A stretch of DNA of 64,000 bases from Candidatus Methylacidiphilales bacterium (GCA_033875315.1 JANRJG010000011.1:26536-90535), one strand, 5' to 3'. Shown: positions 26,434 to 36,357, numbered from the stretch's first letter. The notes: generated from the sequence alone by a model not told the origin. Numbers and translations are program-made.

Positions 26434-28110
26434 ATGACCGACGACTTCCTGCGCCACGGACAGGCCCTGCTCGAACCCCAGGAGCTCCTCCAGCGCATCC
26501 TCAAATTCGCGGTCAAGAAAACCGGCGCCAGCAGCGGCTCCCTCTGCCTCCTCAACCCCAACACCGGTTCGCTCGACATTGAAGCCGCGGCCGGTCTCAG
26601 CGCACGCGCACGCCGGACCAAACTGCGCATCGGCGAGGGCATCACCGGTTGGGTGGCCAGCCGGGGACTGCCTCTCCGCATCCACGATGTCACCACCGAC
26701 CGCCGTTACGTCCAGATCGACCCCCGCATCCGTGCCGAACTGGCCGTTCCCCTCCTCCTGCGCGGCCAGGTCATCGGCATCCTCAACTTGGACAGCACCA
26801 CTCCGGGGGCCTTCGGTGAGGAAGAGGAGAAATCCCTCGTCGCTTTTGCCAAACACGCCTCCGAAAGCATCCGCCTCTCCTGGGAAATCAACCAACTGCG
26901 CCTCCGCAGTGAGCAACTCGAAACCCTGGTTGATATGGGACAGACCATCATCTCCCAGGACCAGCTCGATATTGTTCTCCAGCGCATCGTCAAGGAATCG
27001 TGCCGCCTGATGAATGCCAAGCTCTGTTCGCTCATGCTCCTGGATGAAAACGGTAAAACCCTCGCCCTCAAGGCTTGGTATGGCGCCTCCAAGGCCTACA
27101 TCAACAAACCCAATCTCCCGGTGGCCGAATCCCTCGTCGGCGTCGTCGTCAACCGCCTCAAACCCCTCACCGTCCTCAACGTCATCGACAATCAACGCTA
27201 CCTCAACACCGAACTCGCCCGCCGCGAGGGCCTCGTCTCCCTTCTTTCCGTCCCACTCACCTTCGAAAGCCGCGCCCTGGGTGTCCTCTCTGTTTACACC
27301 CGCGAGACCCACCGCTTTTCCAACGAGGAGATCCGTCTCCTCTCGGCCATGGCCGGCATGTCCGCCGTCGCCATCGCCAAGGCGCGCCTCCTGGAAAAAG
27401 TGGTCCGCATGGAAGATGAACTGCGCAACGCCGAGCGCCTCTCCGCCCTCGGCTGGCTCGCCGCCGAGATTGCCCATGAAATCCGCAACCCCCTGACCGT
27501 CGTGCAGATGCTCTTCCATTCCATGATGCAGGACGTCCAGGGCAGCGAAACCACCCACCGCGACGCCGCCCTCATCGAAACCAAGATGAAGCAGATGAAC
27601 CGCATCCTCGACCAGGTGCTCACCTTCGCCCGCTCCTCCGAGCCCGAGCTCGAGCCCCTCCACGCACCCAGCCTTCTCCGCGATGTCCTCCTCCTCACAC
27701 GGCACAAACTCGCAGAGCAGAAAATCGACTTCCGCCTGGAGGTTGACGACGAGGAGCTGCGCATCAACGGCGACCGGGCCCAATTGGAGCAGGCCATCCT
27801 CAATCTCGTCCTCAACGCCTGCCAGGCCATGGCCCAGGGCGGCCAGCTCATCCTCTCCGTGCGCAACCAGACCAAGGGCGGGGCGCATGAGGTCATCATT
27901 GGCATCAAGGACAACGGCATGGGAATTTCTCGCGAACGCCAGGAAGAACTCTTCCAACCTTTCCTTAGCCACAAAAAGGGGGGAACCGGCCTCGGATTGG
28001 CCCTGGTCGAGAAGACGGTCAAAAGTCACGGCGGCCACATCACGGTCAAATCCCGCAAGGGCTCCGGAACCCTCTTCCAGCTCCACTTTCCGGCCCTCAC
28101 GGACGAATAG
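26434..28110 (+). CDS. cytoplasmic GAF-GAF sensor histidine kinase
   Basis: 558 aa with two GAF-like regions. H-box LAAEIAHEIRNPL, N-box LNLVLNACQA, G-boxes IKDNGMGI and GGTGLGLALV. No TM segment. Confidence 0.85.
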   Translation: MTDDFLRHGQALLEPQELLQRILKFAVKKTGASSGSLCLLNPNTGSLDIEAAAGLSARARRTKLRIGEGITGWVASRGLPLRIHDVTTDRRYVQIDPRIRAELAVPLLLRGQVIGILNLDSTTPGAFGEEEEKSLVAFAKHASESIRLSWEINQLRLRSEQLETLVDMGQTIISQDQLDIVLQRIVKESCRLMNAKLCSLMLLDENGKTLALKAWYGASKAYINKPNLPVAESLVGVVVNRLKPLTVLNVIDNQRYLNTELARREGLVSLLSVPLTFESRALGVLSVYTRETHRFSNEEIRLLSAMAGMSAVAIAKARLLEKVVRMEDELRNAERLSALGWLAAEIAHEIRNPLTVVQMLFHSMMQDVQGSETTHRDAALIETKMKQMNRILDQVLTFARSSEPELEPLHAPSLLRDVLLLTRHKLAEQKIDFRLEVDDEELRINGDRAQLEQAILNLVLNACQAMAQGGQLILSVRNQTKGGAHEVIIGIKDNGMGISRERQEELFQPFLSHKKGGTGLGLALVEKTVKSHGGHITVKSRKGSGTLFQLHFPALTDE

Positions 28111-28257
28111 CAACCACTTGCCTATCTCGACATATCTTCATTTTTTTGTCGGAGAATCCCCTCCCCGTTCTTTGCCAGTATCCGTAGCCCCGGCTGATGG
28201 GATTCGCTATTCCGCTCATCGGGGTTATGCCCCCACTGTTGGCGGATAGATAATCCT

Positions 28258-28288
28258 CGCGCGACAGGGGGGCGCGGCGTATTTTGTT
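28258..28288 (+). terminator. terminator-like GC hairpin plus T tract directly upstream of the zinc-ribbon gene ATG
   Basis: CGCGCG-acagggggg-CGCG(G)CG (6 bp with one bulge) then TATTTTGTT, ending 4 nt before ATG 28292. Confidence 0.35.
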
Positions 28289-28291
28289 CCC

Positions 28292-29008
28292 ATGTCCGGC
28301 CCCCTCGACGCCCTTCTCATCCTCCAAGACCGCGACACCCGCCTCCGCCGCATCGTCCAGGAATTGAAGGCCATTCCGGCTGAAGAAAAGACCATTGCCG
28401 ACCGCCTGGCGGCGCAAAGCCGGCACCACGAGGAACTCAAACTCAAGGCGCGCCAGATCGAGAGCCAGCGCAAAGACCTGGAAAACCAGGCCGGTTCCCT
28501 CCGGGATAAAATCAACAAATACGGCCAACAGCAACTCCAGACCAAAAAGAACGAGGAATACCAGGCCCTCGGCCATGAGATCGACCGAGCCAAGGCCGAC
28601 ATCGCTGCCCTCGAGGACCGTCAATTGGAATGCATGGAAGCCTTCGAGGCCGCCCAGAAGGATGTCGCCACCGAGGGGGCCAAGGTCCGGGAATTTGAAG
28701 CCGCCGCCCAGGCCCGCCGGGCCGATCTGACCACCAAGAAGGCCCTTTTGGAAAAGCAGCAGGCCGATCTGGAAGCCGAGCTCAAGACCCTGGAAGCCGG
28801 CCCCAACCCGGCCGACCTGACCCGCTACCGTCGTATCCTGTCGAGCAAGGGGGATATCGCCATTGTTCCGGTGGAGCACGGCAACAAGTGCGGCGGCTGC
28901 CACATGTCCCTAACCCACCAGAGCGTTCTCAACGCCAAAGGCAACACCGGCTTGGTCCCCTGCGAAAACTGCGGCCGCCTCCTCTACTGGAAGTCCGAAT
29001 TCATCTGA
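28292..29008 (+). CDS. coiled-coil C4 zinc-ribbon protein (COG1579/DUF164-type)
   Basis: 238 aa. Long coiled coil followed by CGGCHMSL...CENCGRLL. Confidence 0.75.
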   Translation: MSGPLDALLILQDRDTRLRRIVQELKAIPAEEKTIADRLAAQSRHHEELKLKARQIESQRKDLENQAGSLRDKINKYGQQQLQTKKNEEYQALGHEIDRAKADIAALEDRQLECMEAFEAAQKDVATEGAKVREFEAAAQARRADLTTKKALLEKQQADLEAELKTLEAGPNPADLTRYRRILSSKGDIAIVPVEHGNKCGGCHMSLTHQSVLNAKGNTGLVPCENCGRLLYWKSEFI

Positions 29009-29027
29009 AGGCTGATCCGGCCCGGGG

Positions 29028-30758
29028 CTAGTGCCCGGCATGTTCTTGGATGTATTCCTGCTTCAACCCAAGCTTCTCCGGGGCATGAAGAACCAACATC
29101 TTCATGCGGATGTCGGACGGAACTTCCTTCGCGGTCCATTTTGAAACCCCTACCATCAGTGCCATCGCCAAAGGCGTGGCCCAGATGGCCGGTTGCTCGC
29201 AGAGGATGCGTGCCAGCGGGTGTGCTTTCCAGAAATCGACCAGGTCGATCCATTTCATCACATCGTTGAAGCTGGTCAGGGAGATCGCCAGCACGGCCAA
29301 AAGACCGCCCGCCAGCATGCCCGTGGCGGCGCCCTTCATCGTCATCCCCCGCCACCATGCGCTCAGGAACAGGAGCGGGAAATAGCTGGAGGCGGCGATG
29401 GCGAAAGCCTGGCCGACCATGAAGTTGATCTCCAGTTGTTCCACCTGCATCCCCAGCACCATCGAGACCACGCCAATGAGCACGGCGCAGATTTTGAAGG
29501 CGACCATGCGCTGGGCCGGGGAGGAGGAAGGGCGCAGGATGCGCCCGTAGACATCGTGCGCCAATGCCCCGGTCATGGAAACCAACAAGCCACTGAACGT
29601 GCTCATGAAGGCGGCAAAAGCACCCGCGCAGGTGATCCCGCTGAGGATGGAACCAAGGGGCGGATACTTCTCGTTCAGGAGAAGAGGGATCTTCAGGACC
29701 ACCCCGTCCGGGCCGGCCACCCCCGTGCTCTGGTAGAGTTCGGGCAGGAAATTGCGTCCCATCGCCCCCAACACCGGCGGAAACACATAGAAAATCCCGA
29801 TCAGAATCATGACCCACATTGTGGTCCTCTTCGCCGCCACCCCGTCGGGATTGGTGTAAAAACGCACCAGGATGTGGGGCAACCCGGCGGTGCCGCAGAC
29901 CAGGGCCACGATGAGGGAGTAGGTGTAGAGCAGAGAGTAAGGCTTTTGTTCTTCCACGGTCAATCCGGCCGCCGCCGCCGCCCGGGTGGTCAGGGGGCCG
30001 AATGGCGACACCCAGGCCTCGTCCTTCGGGGCTTTGGGTGGCAGCTCATCGCGCAGCACCACGATCTCCGCCGCGGCGGCCGAGGGCTGAGACGTGTTCG
30101 CCCCCACTTGGACGTTGTAGAAACCGTAGACCGCCATCAGCACGAAAACGGGCAGGGAGATGGCAAACATCTTGGCCCAGTATTGGAAGGCCTGTACCAG
30201 GGTGATACCCTTCATCCCGCCCAGTGCGACGTTCAGGGTGATGATCCCGGCCACGACGACCACCCCGGCCCCGTAGGGCAGACCGGGGAAAATGTAGGCC
30301 AGCGTGGTGCCCGCCCCCTTCATCTGGGGCATGGTGTAAAAGAAACCGATGAACAGGACAAAGAGGATGGCGATCTTGCGGAAGAGCGGCGAATCATAAC
30401 GCCCCTCGGCAAAGTCCGGAATGGTGTAGGCACCGAAGCGGCGCAGCGGACCGGCGATGAATAACAGGAGAAATAGATAACCGCAGGCATAACAAACCGG
30501 ATACCACAACGCATCGTAACCACGGCTCATCACCATGGCCGCCACCCCCATGAAGGACGCCGCGGAAAGGTATTCCCCGGATATGGCGGAGGCGTTCCAT
30601 CCCACCGAGACCGAACGTCCGGCGACAAAGAAATCACTGGCGGTCTTCGACTTGCCCGCCGACCAGAATCCCATTCCGACAGTGGCCGCCACCGTCACAA
30701 AGGAAAAGGCCAGAATCCAAGGGTCGGTCGCGCGGAGGATGGCAAGGATCTCGTTCAT
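29028..30758 (-). CDS. actP: sodium:solute symporter family, cation/acetate symporter-like
   Basis: 576 aa, polytopic. FFVAGRSVSVGWNASAISGEYLSAASFMGVAAMV closely resembles the ActP N-terminal region. ATGA overlap with the DUF485 gene (30755-30758). Confidence 0.8.
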   Translation of the reverse strand: MNEILAILRATDPWILAFSFVTVAATVGMGFWSAGKSKTASDFFVAGRSVSVGWNASAISGEYLSAASFMGVAAMVMSRGYDALWYPVCYACGYLFLLLFIAGPLRRFGAYTIPDFAEGRYDSPLFRKIAILFVLFIGFFYTMPQMKGAGTTLAYIFPGLPYGAGVVVVAGIITLNVALGGMKGITLVQAFQYWAKMFAISLPVFVLMAVYGFYNVQVGANTSQPSAAAAEIVVLRDELPPKAPKDEAWVSPFGPLTTRAAAAAGLTVEEQKPYSLLYTYSLIVALVCGTAGLPHILVRFYTNPDGVAAKRTTMWVMILIGIFYVFPPVLGAMGRNFLPELYQSTGVAGPDGVVLKIPLLLNEKYPPLGSILSGITCAGAFAAFMSTFSGLLVSMTGALAHDVYGRILRPSSSPAQRMVAFKICAVLIGVVSMVLGMQVEQLEINFMVGQAFAIAASSYFPLLFLSAWWRGMTMKGAATGMLAGGLLAVLAISLTSFNDVMKWIDLVDFWKAHPLARILCEQPAIWATPLAMALMVGVSKWTAKEVPSDIRMKMLVLHAPEKLGLKQEYIQEHAGH

Positions 30759-31078
30759 ACCTGTTCTCCACGCCGGGACGCTTCAACTTCCCGCACCTCG
30801 TCCTCCTCCAGCGCGATGGAACGCCGGATAAAAACCGCGGAAATGATCCATACCAAGGGAAAGACCAGAACGCCCAGGAACAACCAGGTCATGGTGAAAC
30901 CGAATATCGAGGTCGCCATGAAGTCGGGCAGGAAATAATTCAACAGGGGCAGGCCGAACAGGATGAGGACAAAGGCAAGGGCACAACCGGTCGACAATTT
31001 CAGCTGGCGCCGCATCAACTCGTGCAGAAAAGATTCACTGTGGATATCGATGGGTTCCCGCGTTCGCTTGTCGGCCAT
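30755..31078 (-). CDS. yjcH: DUF485 inner-membrane protein (YjcH-like)
   Basis: ATG 31078 (the ORF's TTG is at 31087). Two TM helices. Sits upstream of, and is coupled to, the symporter, as in yjcH-actP. Confidence 0.75.
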   Translation of the reverse strand: MADKRTREPIDIHSESFLHELMRRQLKLSTGCALAFVLILFGLPLLNYFLPDFMATSIFGFTMTWLFLGVLVFPLVWIISAVFIRRSIALEEDEVREVEASRRGEQV

Positions 31079-31144
31079 CCAAGGCAATTATCAGAAACCC
31101 GCATCGGGCGCAACCGGGATTGACGGAACCTGCCTCGCGGGCGG

Positions 31145-31792
31145 ATGATTCCGTCCAACGGGTCTCCCATGTCGTTTCTGCCCAAAATGCTTCTTCCTGC
31201 CTTGATCTCCCTGGTTGGGGTCGCCACGACCGCACTGTCCCAGTCCCCGGCCGGACGATTTCCAGCACCCGGGGCCTGGATCGAAGCCGCCCGGGCACAG
31301 ATCGGTGTCACCGTCTCCTACGATCCGGCCTACGTGGCCCTCGAATACCCCGGCGGTGATGTCCCGCGCGACCGCGGGGTCTGCACCGACGTCATCATCC
31401 GGGCCCTGCGCGACTGTGGCGGACCCGACCTCCAGCAGGCGGTCCATGAGGATATGCGGACCCACTTTGGCGACTACCCCCAGATTTGGGGACTTCGAAA
31501 ACCGGACAAAAACATCGACCACCGCCGGGTACCCAACCTTCAAACTTGGTTCCGCCGCCGGGGCTCCGCTCTTCCGGTGACTTCCTCGGCGGGAGACTAC
31601 CGACCGGGCGATATCGTCACCTCCCGGCTTCCCGGAAACCTGCCCCACATCATGATTGTCAGCGACCGGCGCACCACCACGGGCGTGCCTTTTGTGATCC
31701 ACAATATCGGCCGCGGCTCACAGGAGGAGGACCGGCTCTTCGCCTTTCCCCTTACGGGCCACTACCGCCTTACCCCCTCTGTTACACCATGA
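31145..31792 (+). CDS. DUF1287 secreted protein
   Basis: Signal peptide MSFLPKMLLPALISLVGVATTALS. Motifs YDPAYVALEYPGGDVPRDRGVCTDVIIRALR, NIDHRRVPNL and LPHIMIVSD. Confidence 0.7.
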   Translation: MIPSNGSPMSFLPKMLLPALISLVGVATTALSQSPAGRFPAPGAWIEAARAQIGVTVSYDPAYVALEYPGGDVPRDRGVCTDVIIRALRDCGGPDLQQAVHEDMRTHFGDYPQIWGLRKPDKNIDHRRVPNLQTWFRRRGSALPVTSSAGDYRPGDIVTSRLPGNLPHIMIVSDRRTTTGVPFVIHNIGRGSQEEDRLFAFPLTGHYRLTPSVTP

Positions 31793-32532
31793 AGATGGTT
31801 CCTCTCGTCATTTTATTCCTCGTGGCATCCACCGCCCGCGCCGCGGATGCCCCGCCCATCCTATCGGTGACCACCCACTCAGGGAAAAAACAGCGGGAGG
31901 TCCGCCTGGTCCGCTTCGACAACGCCGCTTACACCCTCCGGGTCGTGGTGGATGCGGACGCGAACGGCCGCGTCGTTTCGGGCAATCTGGCCCGCGTGCT
32001 GGAAGCGACCGGGGGTCTGGCCGGCTGCAACGGCGGTTTTTTCAATCACCAACCCTTCGAGCCCTGTGCCCTGCTCATCCGTGGGGGAAAAACGCTGCGC
32101 GGGCCCATCAACGATGCGGCCAATTGGATGCATGGCGTCATCGCCGCGGAAGCCGGTCGCTTGCGTTTGATCCCCGTGACTTCCTTCGATCCCGCCCACC
32201 CTCCGGATGAGGCCCTCCAATCCGGGCCCTGGTTGATCCGGAACGGACGTCCTGTGGCCGGCCTGGACCGGCAGCGTTCGGCCCGTCGCAGCTTCATCCT
32301 CCATGATGGCGCAACCGGCTGGGCCCTGGGTGTGGCCGACGCCTGCACCCTGGCCGAACTTCCCGATGTTCTGCTCGATCCCGCGGTGACGGCCGTCCTG
32401 CCCACCCAATCGGCCCTCAATCTCGACGGCGGCCCCTCCTGCGCCCTCTGGAGCCGTGACCCCGCCTCGGCTCCGCTCCGCATCCGGTCCTTCGACTCGG
32501 TCCACAATTACCTGGTCATCTTCCCCCGCTGA
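31789..32532 (+). CDS. phosphodiester glycosidase family (DUF2233) secreted protein
   Basis: ATG 31789 overlaps the DUF1287 stop (ATGA). Signal peptide MKMVPLVILFLVASTARA. CNGGFF and ALNLDGGPS motifs. Confidence 0.65.
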   Translation: MKMVPLVILFLVASTARAADAPPILSVTTHSGKKQREVRLVRFDNAAYTLRVVVDADANGRVVSGNLARVLEATGGLAGCNGGFFNHQPFEPCALLIRGGKTLRGPINDAANWMHGVIAAEAGRLRLIPVTSFDPAHPPDEALQSGPWLIRNGRPVAGLDRQRSARRSFILHDGATGWALGVADACTLAELPDVLLDPAVTAVLPTQSALNLDGGPSCALWSRDPASAPLRIRSFDSVHNYLVIFPR

Positions 32533-32590
32533 TTCCCCGGCTATTTCATCATTTCCGTGCCTTCCGGGAGAACGGCGTTAAAATCCCCTC

Positions 32591-33763
32591 ATGTCGTTAT
32601 CCATCGCCGATCTCGCCCGCGACGAATCCCTGCGGCGCACCCATTTTCCAGTCACCGCCCACCGCACCTTCCTCTCCCACGCCGCCGTCTCCCCGCTGCC
32701 CGCCTGCGCCACCCAAGCCCTGGACTGGTTCGGCCAACAGGCTTCTGAAGACCAACAGGAAGGACCGGCCGTTTTCCACCGCGTCCTCGGCACCCGGGTC
32801 GTCGCCGCCCAACTGCTCGGCTGCCAGGCTCAGGAAATCGCCCTCCTCGGCCCCACCGCCATGGGACTCAACCTCGTGGCTGACGGCCTCGACTGGCAAC
32901 CCGGCGACGAAGTGGTTTATTACCGCGACGATTATCCCGCCAATGTCTACCCTTGGACCAAGCTGGCCGCCCGCGGGGTCCGGCCGGTTTCCGTCCGGCC
33001 GGAGCGTCCCGGGGAAATCACCTGGGAGGTGGTCGAGGCTTCCCTCACACCCCGCACGCGCTTGGTCGCCCTGGCCTCGGCCCACTTCCTCACCGGCTTC
33101 CGCATCGATGTCGACACCATCGGCCGCCGCCTCCACGAACGCGGCATCCTCTTCTGCCTCGACGCCATCCAAACCCTGGGGGCCTTCCCGCTCTCGGTGG
33201 AACACGTGGACTTCCTCAGCGCCGACTCCCATAAGTGGATGCTCGGCCCGCTCGGGGCCGGGATTTTTTATGTTAGGGAAAGCCTCTTCGACCGCCTCCG
33301 CCCGACCCACCTCGGGTCCTGGAATGTCTGGTCACCGAACTTCATCGCCCAGGAGGATCTGAACCGCTTTTATGAAGGCGGGAGACGGTACGAATGCGGT
33401 TCGCTCAACCTCCCCGGCATCCTCGGGATGCGAGCACCGTTGGAAATGATCCTCGCTCTGGGGGTGGGGGCGATCGCCGCGCGCATAAGGGAATTACGAA
33501 ACCACACCCTGCTCAGGCTCGGCGCGGCGGATTGGCACCCGGTCTGGGGACCGGATCTGCCGGAGGCACATGTTTCGGGGATCATCACATTCCCCCTCGA
33601 TGGCCGAAACCCCGAAGCCCTGGTGGCGAAGCTGGCAGCGGCCAGGGTCAGTGTGGCCGTGCGCCACAATCGCGAGGGCGCACCCCACCTGCGTGTGGCC
33701 CCGCATTTTTATTCCACCGAGGCCGAAATTGACCGTCTGGCCGAAGTGCTCGAGAGCTCCTGA
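32591..33763 (+). CDS. class-V aminotransferase (cysteine desulfurase/epimerase-like)
   Basis: 390 aa with PLP-lysine motif FLSADSHKWMLGPLG. Confidence 0.8.
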   Translation: MSLSIADLARDESLRRTHFPVTAHRTFLSHAAVSPLPACATQALDWFGQQASEDQQEGPAVFHRVLGTRVVAAQLLGCQAQEIALLGPTAMGLNLVADGLDWQPGDEVVYYRDDYPANVYPWTKLAARGVRPVSVRPERPGEITWEVVEASLTPRTRLVALASAHFLTGFRIDVDTIGRRLHERGILFCLDAIQTLGAFPLSVEHVDFLSADSHKWMLGPLGAGIFYVRESLFDRLRPTHLGSWNVWSPNFIAQEDLNRFYEGGRRYECGSLNLPGILGMRAPLEMILALGVGAIAARIRELRNHTLLRLGAADWHPVWGPDLPEAHVSGIITFPLDGRNPEALVAKLAAARVSVAVRHNREGAPHLRVAPHFYSTEAEIDRLAEVLESS

Positions 33764-33766
33764 ACC

Positions 33767-34249
33767 TCAAATCAAACCAAGGGCGCGCAGGGTGGCGTGG
33801 TTGATTTCGCCTGTCGGGCGGAGGCCGCGGTCGTATTGGAATGCGGCCAAGGCAGCGCGGGTCCGGGGACCGGCCACTCCATCGACCCCGCCCACCACAT
33901 AGCCCCGGCGGGACAAAGCCACCTGCACATCGGCGACCAGATTGGTGCGATAGACTGGCGCCCGCCGCACGGGAACGGCGTAATAGGGCTGCGGCGCCAG
34001 ATTGAAGAAAAGGGAAAATCCCGAAGACCGGTGGTGGTCTCGGTCGCGGTCCCGGCGATGGCACTCTTGGTGACCATGACGACGTCCATCCCCACGGTGA
34101 TCCTTGCCGTCCCGATCGCGATCTCCGTCGCGGCCCGCCTGGAGCGGGGAGGCGGGGAGCAGCACCAGGGCAACAATCGACAGAACCAAGGCCAGAGTGG
34201 ATAGGGGTTTCACAGGTTGTATGACGCCGGCAGTGCTTCGGTGATTCAC
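33767..34249 (-). CDS. peptidoglycan-binding domain protein with Arg/Asp/His-rich low-complexity linker
   Basis: 160-aa ORF with GTG start. N-terminal TM/signal helix, then GRDGDRDRDGKDHRGDGRRHGHQECHRRDRDRDHH, then a C-terminal PG_binding_1-like VQVALSRRGYVVGGVDGVAGPRTRAALAAFQ. Confidence 0.7.
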   Translation of the reverse strand: MNHRSTAGVIQPVKPLSTLALVLSIVALVLLPASPLQAGRDGDRDRDGKDHRGDGRRHGHQECHRRDRDRDHHRSSGFSLFFNLAPQPYYAVPVRRAPVYRTNLVADVQVALSRRGYVVGGVDGVAGPRTRAALAAFQYDRGLRPTGEINHATLRALGLI

Positions 34250-34274
34250 TCCTTACGGAAGACAGCCGCCCGGC

Positions 34275-36293
34275 TCAGGTTTCGGCTGGGGCCGCTCCCA
34301 GCCGCGCACGCAATGCGCTCAACCGGCTGGAAGCCACCTCCCCTTCCACCTTGACCCGTGTCGAGGCGGTGGTCTGGTGCTCGACGCCCTCTTCGGGCAG
34401 CTCATCCAGGAAGACCGAAGGATGGCGGGGCTCCTCCTTGCCATAACGACGGCGTGACTGGCAACGGGTCAGGGTCAGCCATTTCTTGGCCCGGGTGATG
34501 CCGACATAAAACAGGCGCCGTTCCTCTTCCAGATTGCCTTCCAGCTTCACGCGGTCATGCGGCAGCAACCCCTCTTCAACCCCGACCAGATAGACCCGGG
34601 TGAACTCCAGTCCCTTGGCCCCGTGCAGGGTCATGAGGGTGACGCCATAGCCGTCGTCTTCTTTTTCCTCCTCCTTGTCCGCACTGTCCAACAACATGGT
34701 GTCGATAAAGGCGTTCAGGTCGCCCAATTCCTTGGCCTGGTGTTCGGCCAGGGCGTTGACCAGGCCCTGCACGTTCTCACTGCGCGAGGCGTGTTCTTCG
34801 GGATCTTTGCTCGTGCGCTTGAGGTCCTCCTCGTAACCGATGTCCTTGAGCAGGGCTTTGAGCACCCCGGCCCAATCACCGGGCAGGGCGAATTTTCCCT
34901 GGTACTCATGGATGATGGTGCGGAACGAGGTCAGGCCGGGATAGGCCCGCGGGAAAACCAGGGAAAGGTCGCCCTGCATGACCCGCCAGATGGAACTTCC
35001 GGCCTCGCGGCTGCGCCGGGTCAGTTCTTCCATGGTGGTCGTGCCCACGCCCCGCGCGGGAAGGTTGACCACCCGCAGGAGGGCGCCGTCGTTGTCAGGA
35101 TTGGCGATGACCTGGAGATAGGCCAGGATGTCCTTTACTTCCCGGCGTTCGTAGAAGTTCTGTCCACCGATGATGCGGTAGGGGATGCGGAGCTTGCGCA
35201 ATTCCATTTCAAACAACCGCGACATGTGGTTGGCGCGGTAAAGCAGGGCCATGTCCTCCCAGCGCAGGACATGTTCCTCGCGCGCGCGCAGGATGTCCGC
35301 GGCCACCCAGGAGGCCTCATCCTCGTCGTTCTGCGCCAGCATGACCCGGATGGGGTCGCCCGGAAGCCCTTCGGCCCAGAGTTTTTTGTCGTGCCTCCGG
35401 GCGTTGTGGGCGATGACCTGGTTGGCCGCGGCCAGAATCCGCGGGGTGCAGCGGTAGTTCTGCTCCAGCTTGATGGACTTCCCCCCCGGAAAACGCTGGG
35501 AAAACTCCATGATGTGGCTGTTTTCCGCCCCGCGCCAGCTGTAGATGCTCTGGTCGTCGTCACCGACCACGCAGACATCGTGGTCGTCGGAAGCGAGCTG
35601 GCGGACGATGTCGAACTGGAGCCGGTTGGTGTCCTGATACTCGTCGACCATGAGAAAACGGTGCCGGGCCCGCAGTTCCCCGCGCACCTCCGGGAAGCCC
35701 TCCAGGAGATCGACCATCAACAAAAGCAGGTCGTCGAAGTCCACGGCGTTGCGCGCCTTGCACTCTTCCTGGTAGCGGCGGTAGACCCGGGCCAGCAGGG
35801 CATCACTCCCGGCGGTCTGTTCGGGACGCAGCCCGCGGTTCTTGGCCAGGCCGATGAGGAATTTGATCTTGTTCATCTCCTGGTCGCCGCCCTTGACCGC
35901 GGCCCCGAGGATTTTTTTGAGGATGCCCGCCTGGTCGCCCTCGTCGAGGATGGTGAAGTTCTTTTTGTAATCCAGCTTCTCAATGTGCTCGCGCAACACC
36001 CGGACGCAGAAAGAATGGAATGTCCCCGCGAACAACAACCGGGTTTCCTCCGGCGGGCGCATCCCCTGGACCAGCTTCTGGTAGCGTTCCTTCATCTCCC
36101 GCGCCGCTTTGTTGGTGAAAGTAAGCGCCAGAATATGCCGCGGCTCCACACCCTCGGCGATGAGGTGGGCCATGCGGTGGGTGATGACTTTGGTCTTGCC
36201 CGTGCCCGCCCCGGCCAGGATCAGGACCGGGCCGCGCAAGGTCGTCACGGCTTCACGCTGCTGGGGATTGAGGCCTTGGAGGAGTCGGGACAC
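34275..36293 (-). CDS. uvrD: ATP-dependent DNA helicase UvrD/PcrA
   Basis: GTG start. Motifs SRLLQGLNPQQREAV, LAGAGTGKT, MVDEYQDTN and TLHGAKGLEF. Confidence 0.9.
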   Translation of the reverse strand: MSRLLQGLNPQQREAVTTLRGPVLILAGAGTGKTKVITHRMAHLIAEGVEPRHILALTFTNKAAREMKERYQKLVQGMRPPEETRLLFAGTFHSFCVRVLREHIEKLDYKKNFTILDEGDQAGILKKILGAAVKGGDQEMNKIKFLIGLAKNRGLRPEQTAGSDALLARVYRRYQEECKARNAVDFDDLLLLMVDLLEGFPEVRGELRARHRFLMVDEYQDTNRLQFDIVRQLASDDHDVCVVGDDDQSIYSWRGAENSHIMEFSQRFPGGKSIKLEQNYRCTPRILAAANQVIAHNARRHDKKLWAEGLPGDPIRVMLAQNDEDEASWVAADILRAREEHVLRWEDMALLYRANHMSRLFEMELRKLRIPYRIIGGQNFYERREVKDILAYLQVIANPDNDGALLRVVNLPARGVGTTTMEELTRRSREAGSSIWRVMQGDLSLVFPRAYPGLTSFRTIIHEYQGKFALPGDWAGVLKALLKDIGYEEDLKRTSKDPEEHASRSENVQGLVNALAEHQAKELGDLNAFIDTMLLDSADKEEEKEDDGYGVTLMTLHGAKGLEFTRVYLVGVEEGLLPHDRVKLEGNLEEERRLFYVGITRAKKWLTLTRCQSRRRYGKEEPRHPSVFLDELPEEGVEHQTTASTRVKVEGEVASSRLSALRARLGAAPAET

Positions 36294-36357
36294 GCGGCGA
36301 GGCTAAGGGCAGGCAAGCTCTTGTCAAAAGGCGAGTGGACGATAAAATCCCCTTCGC

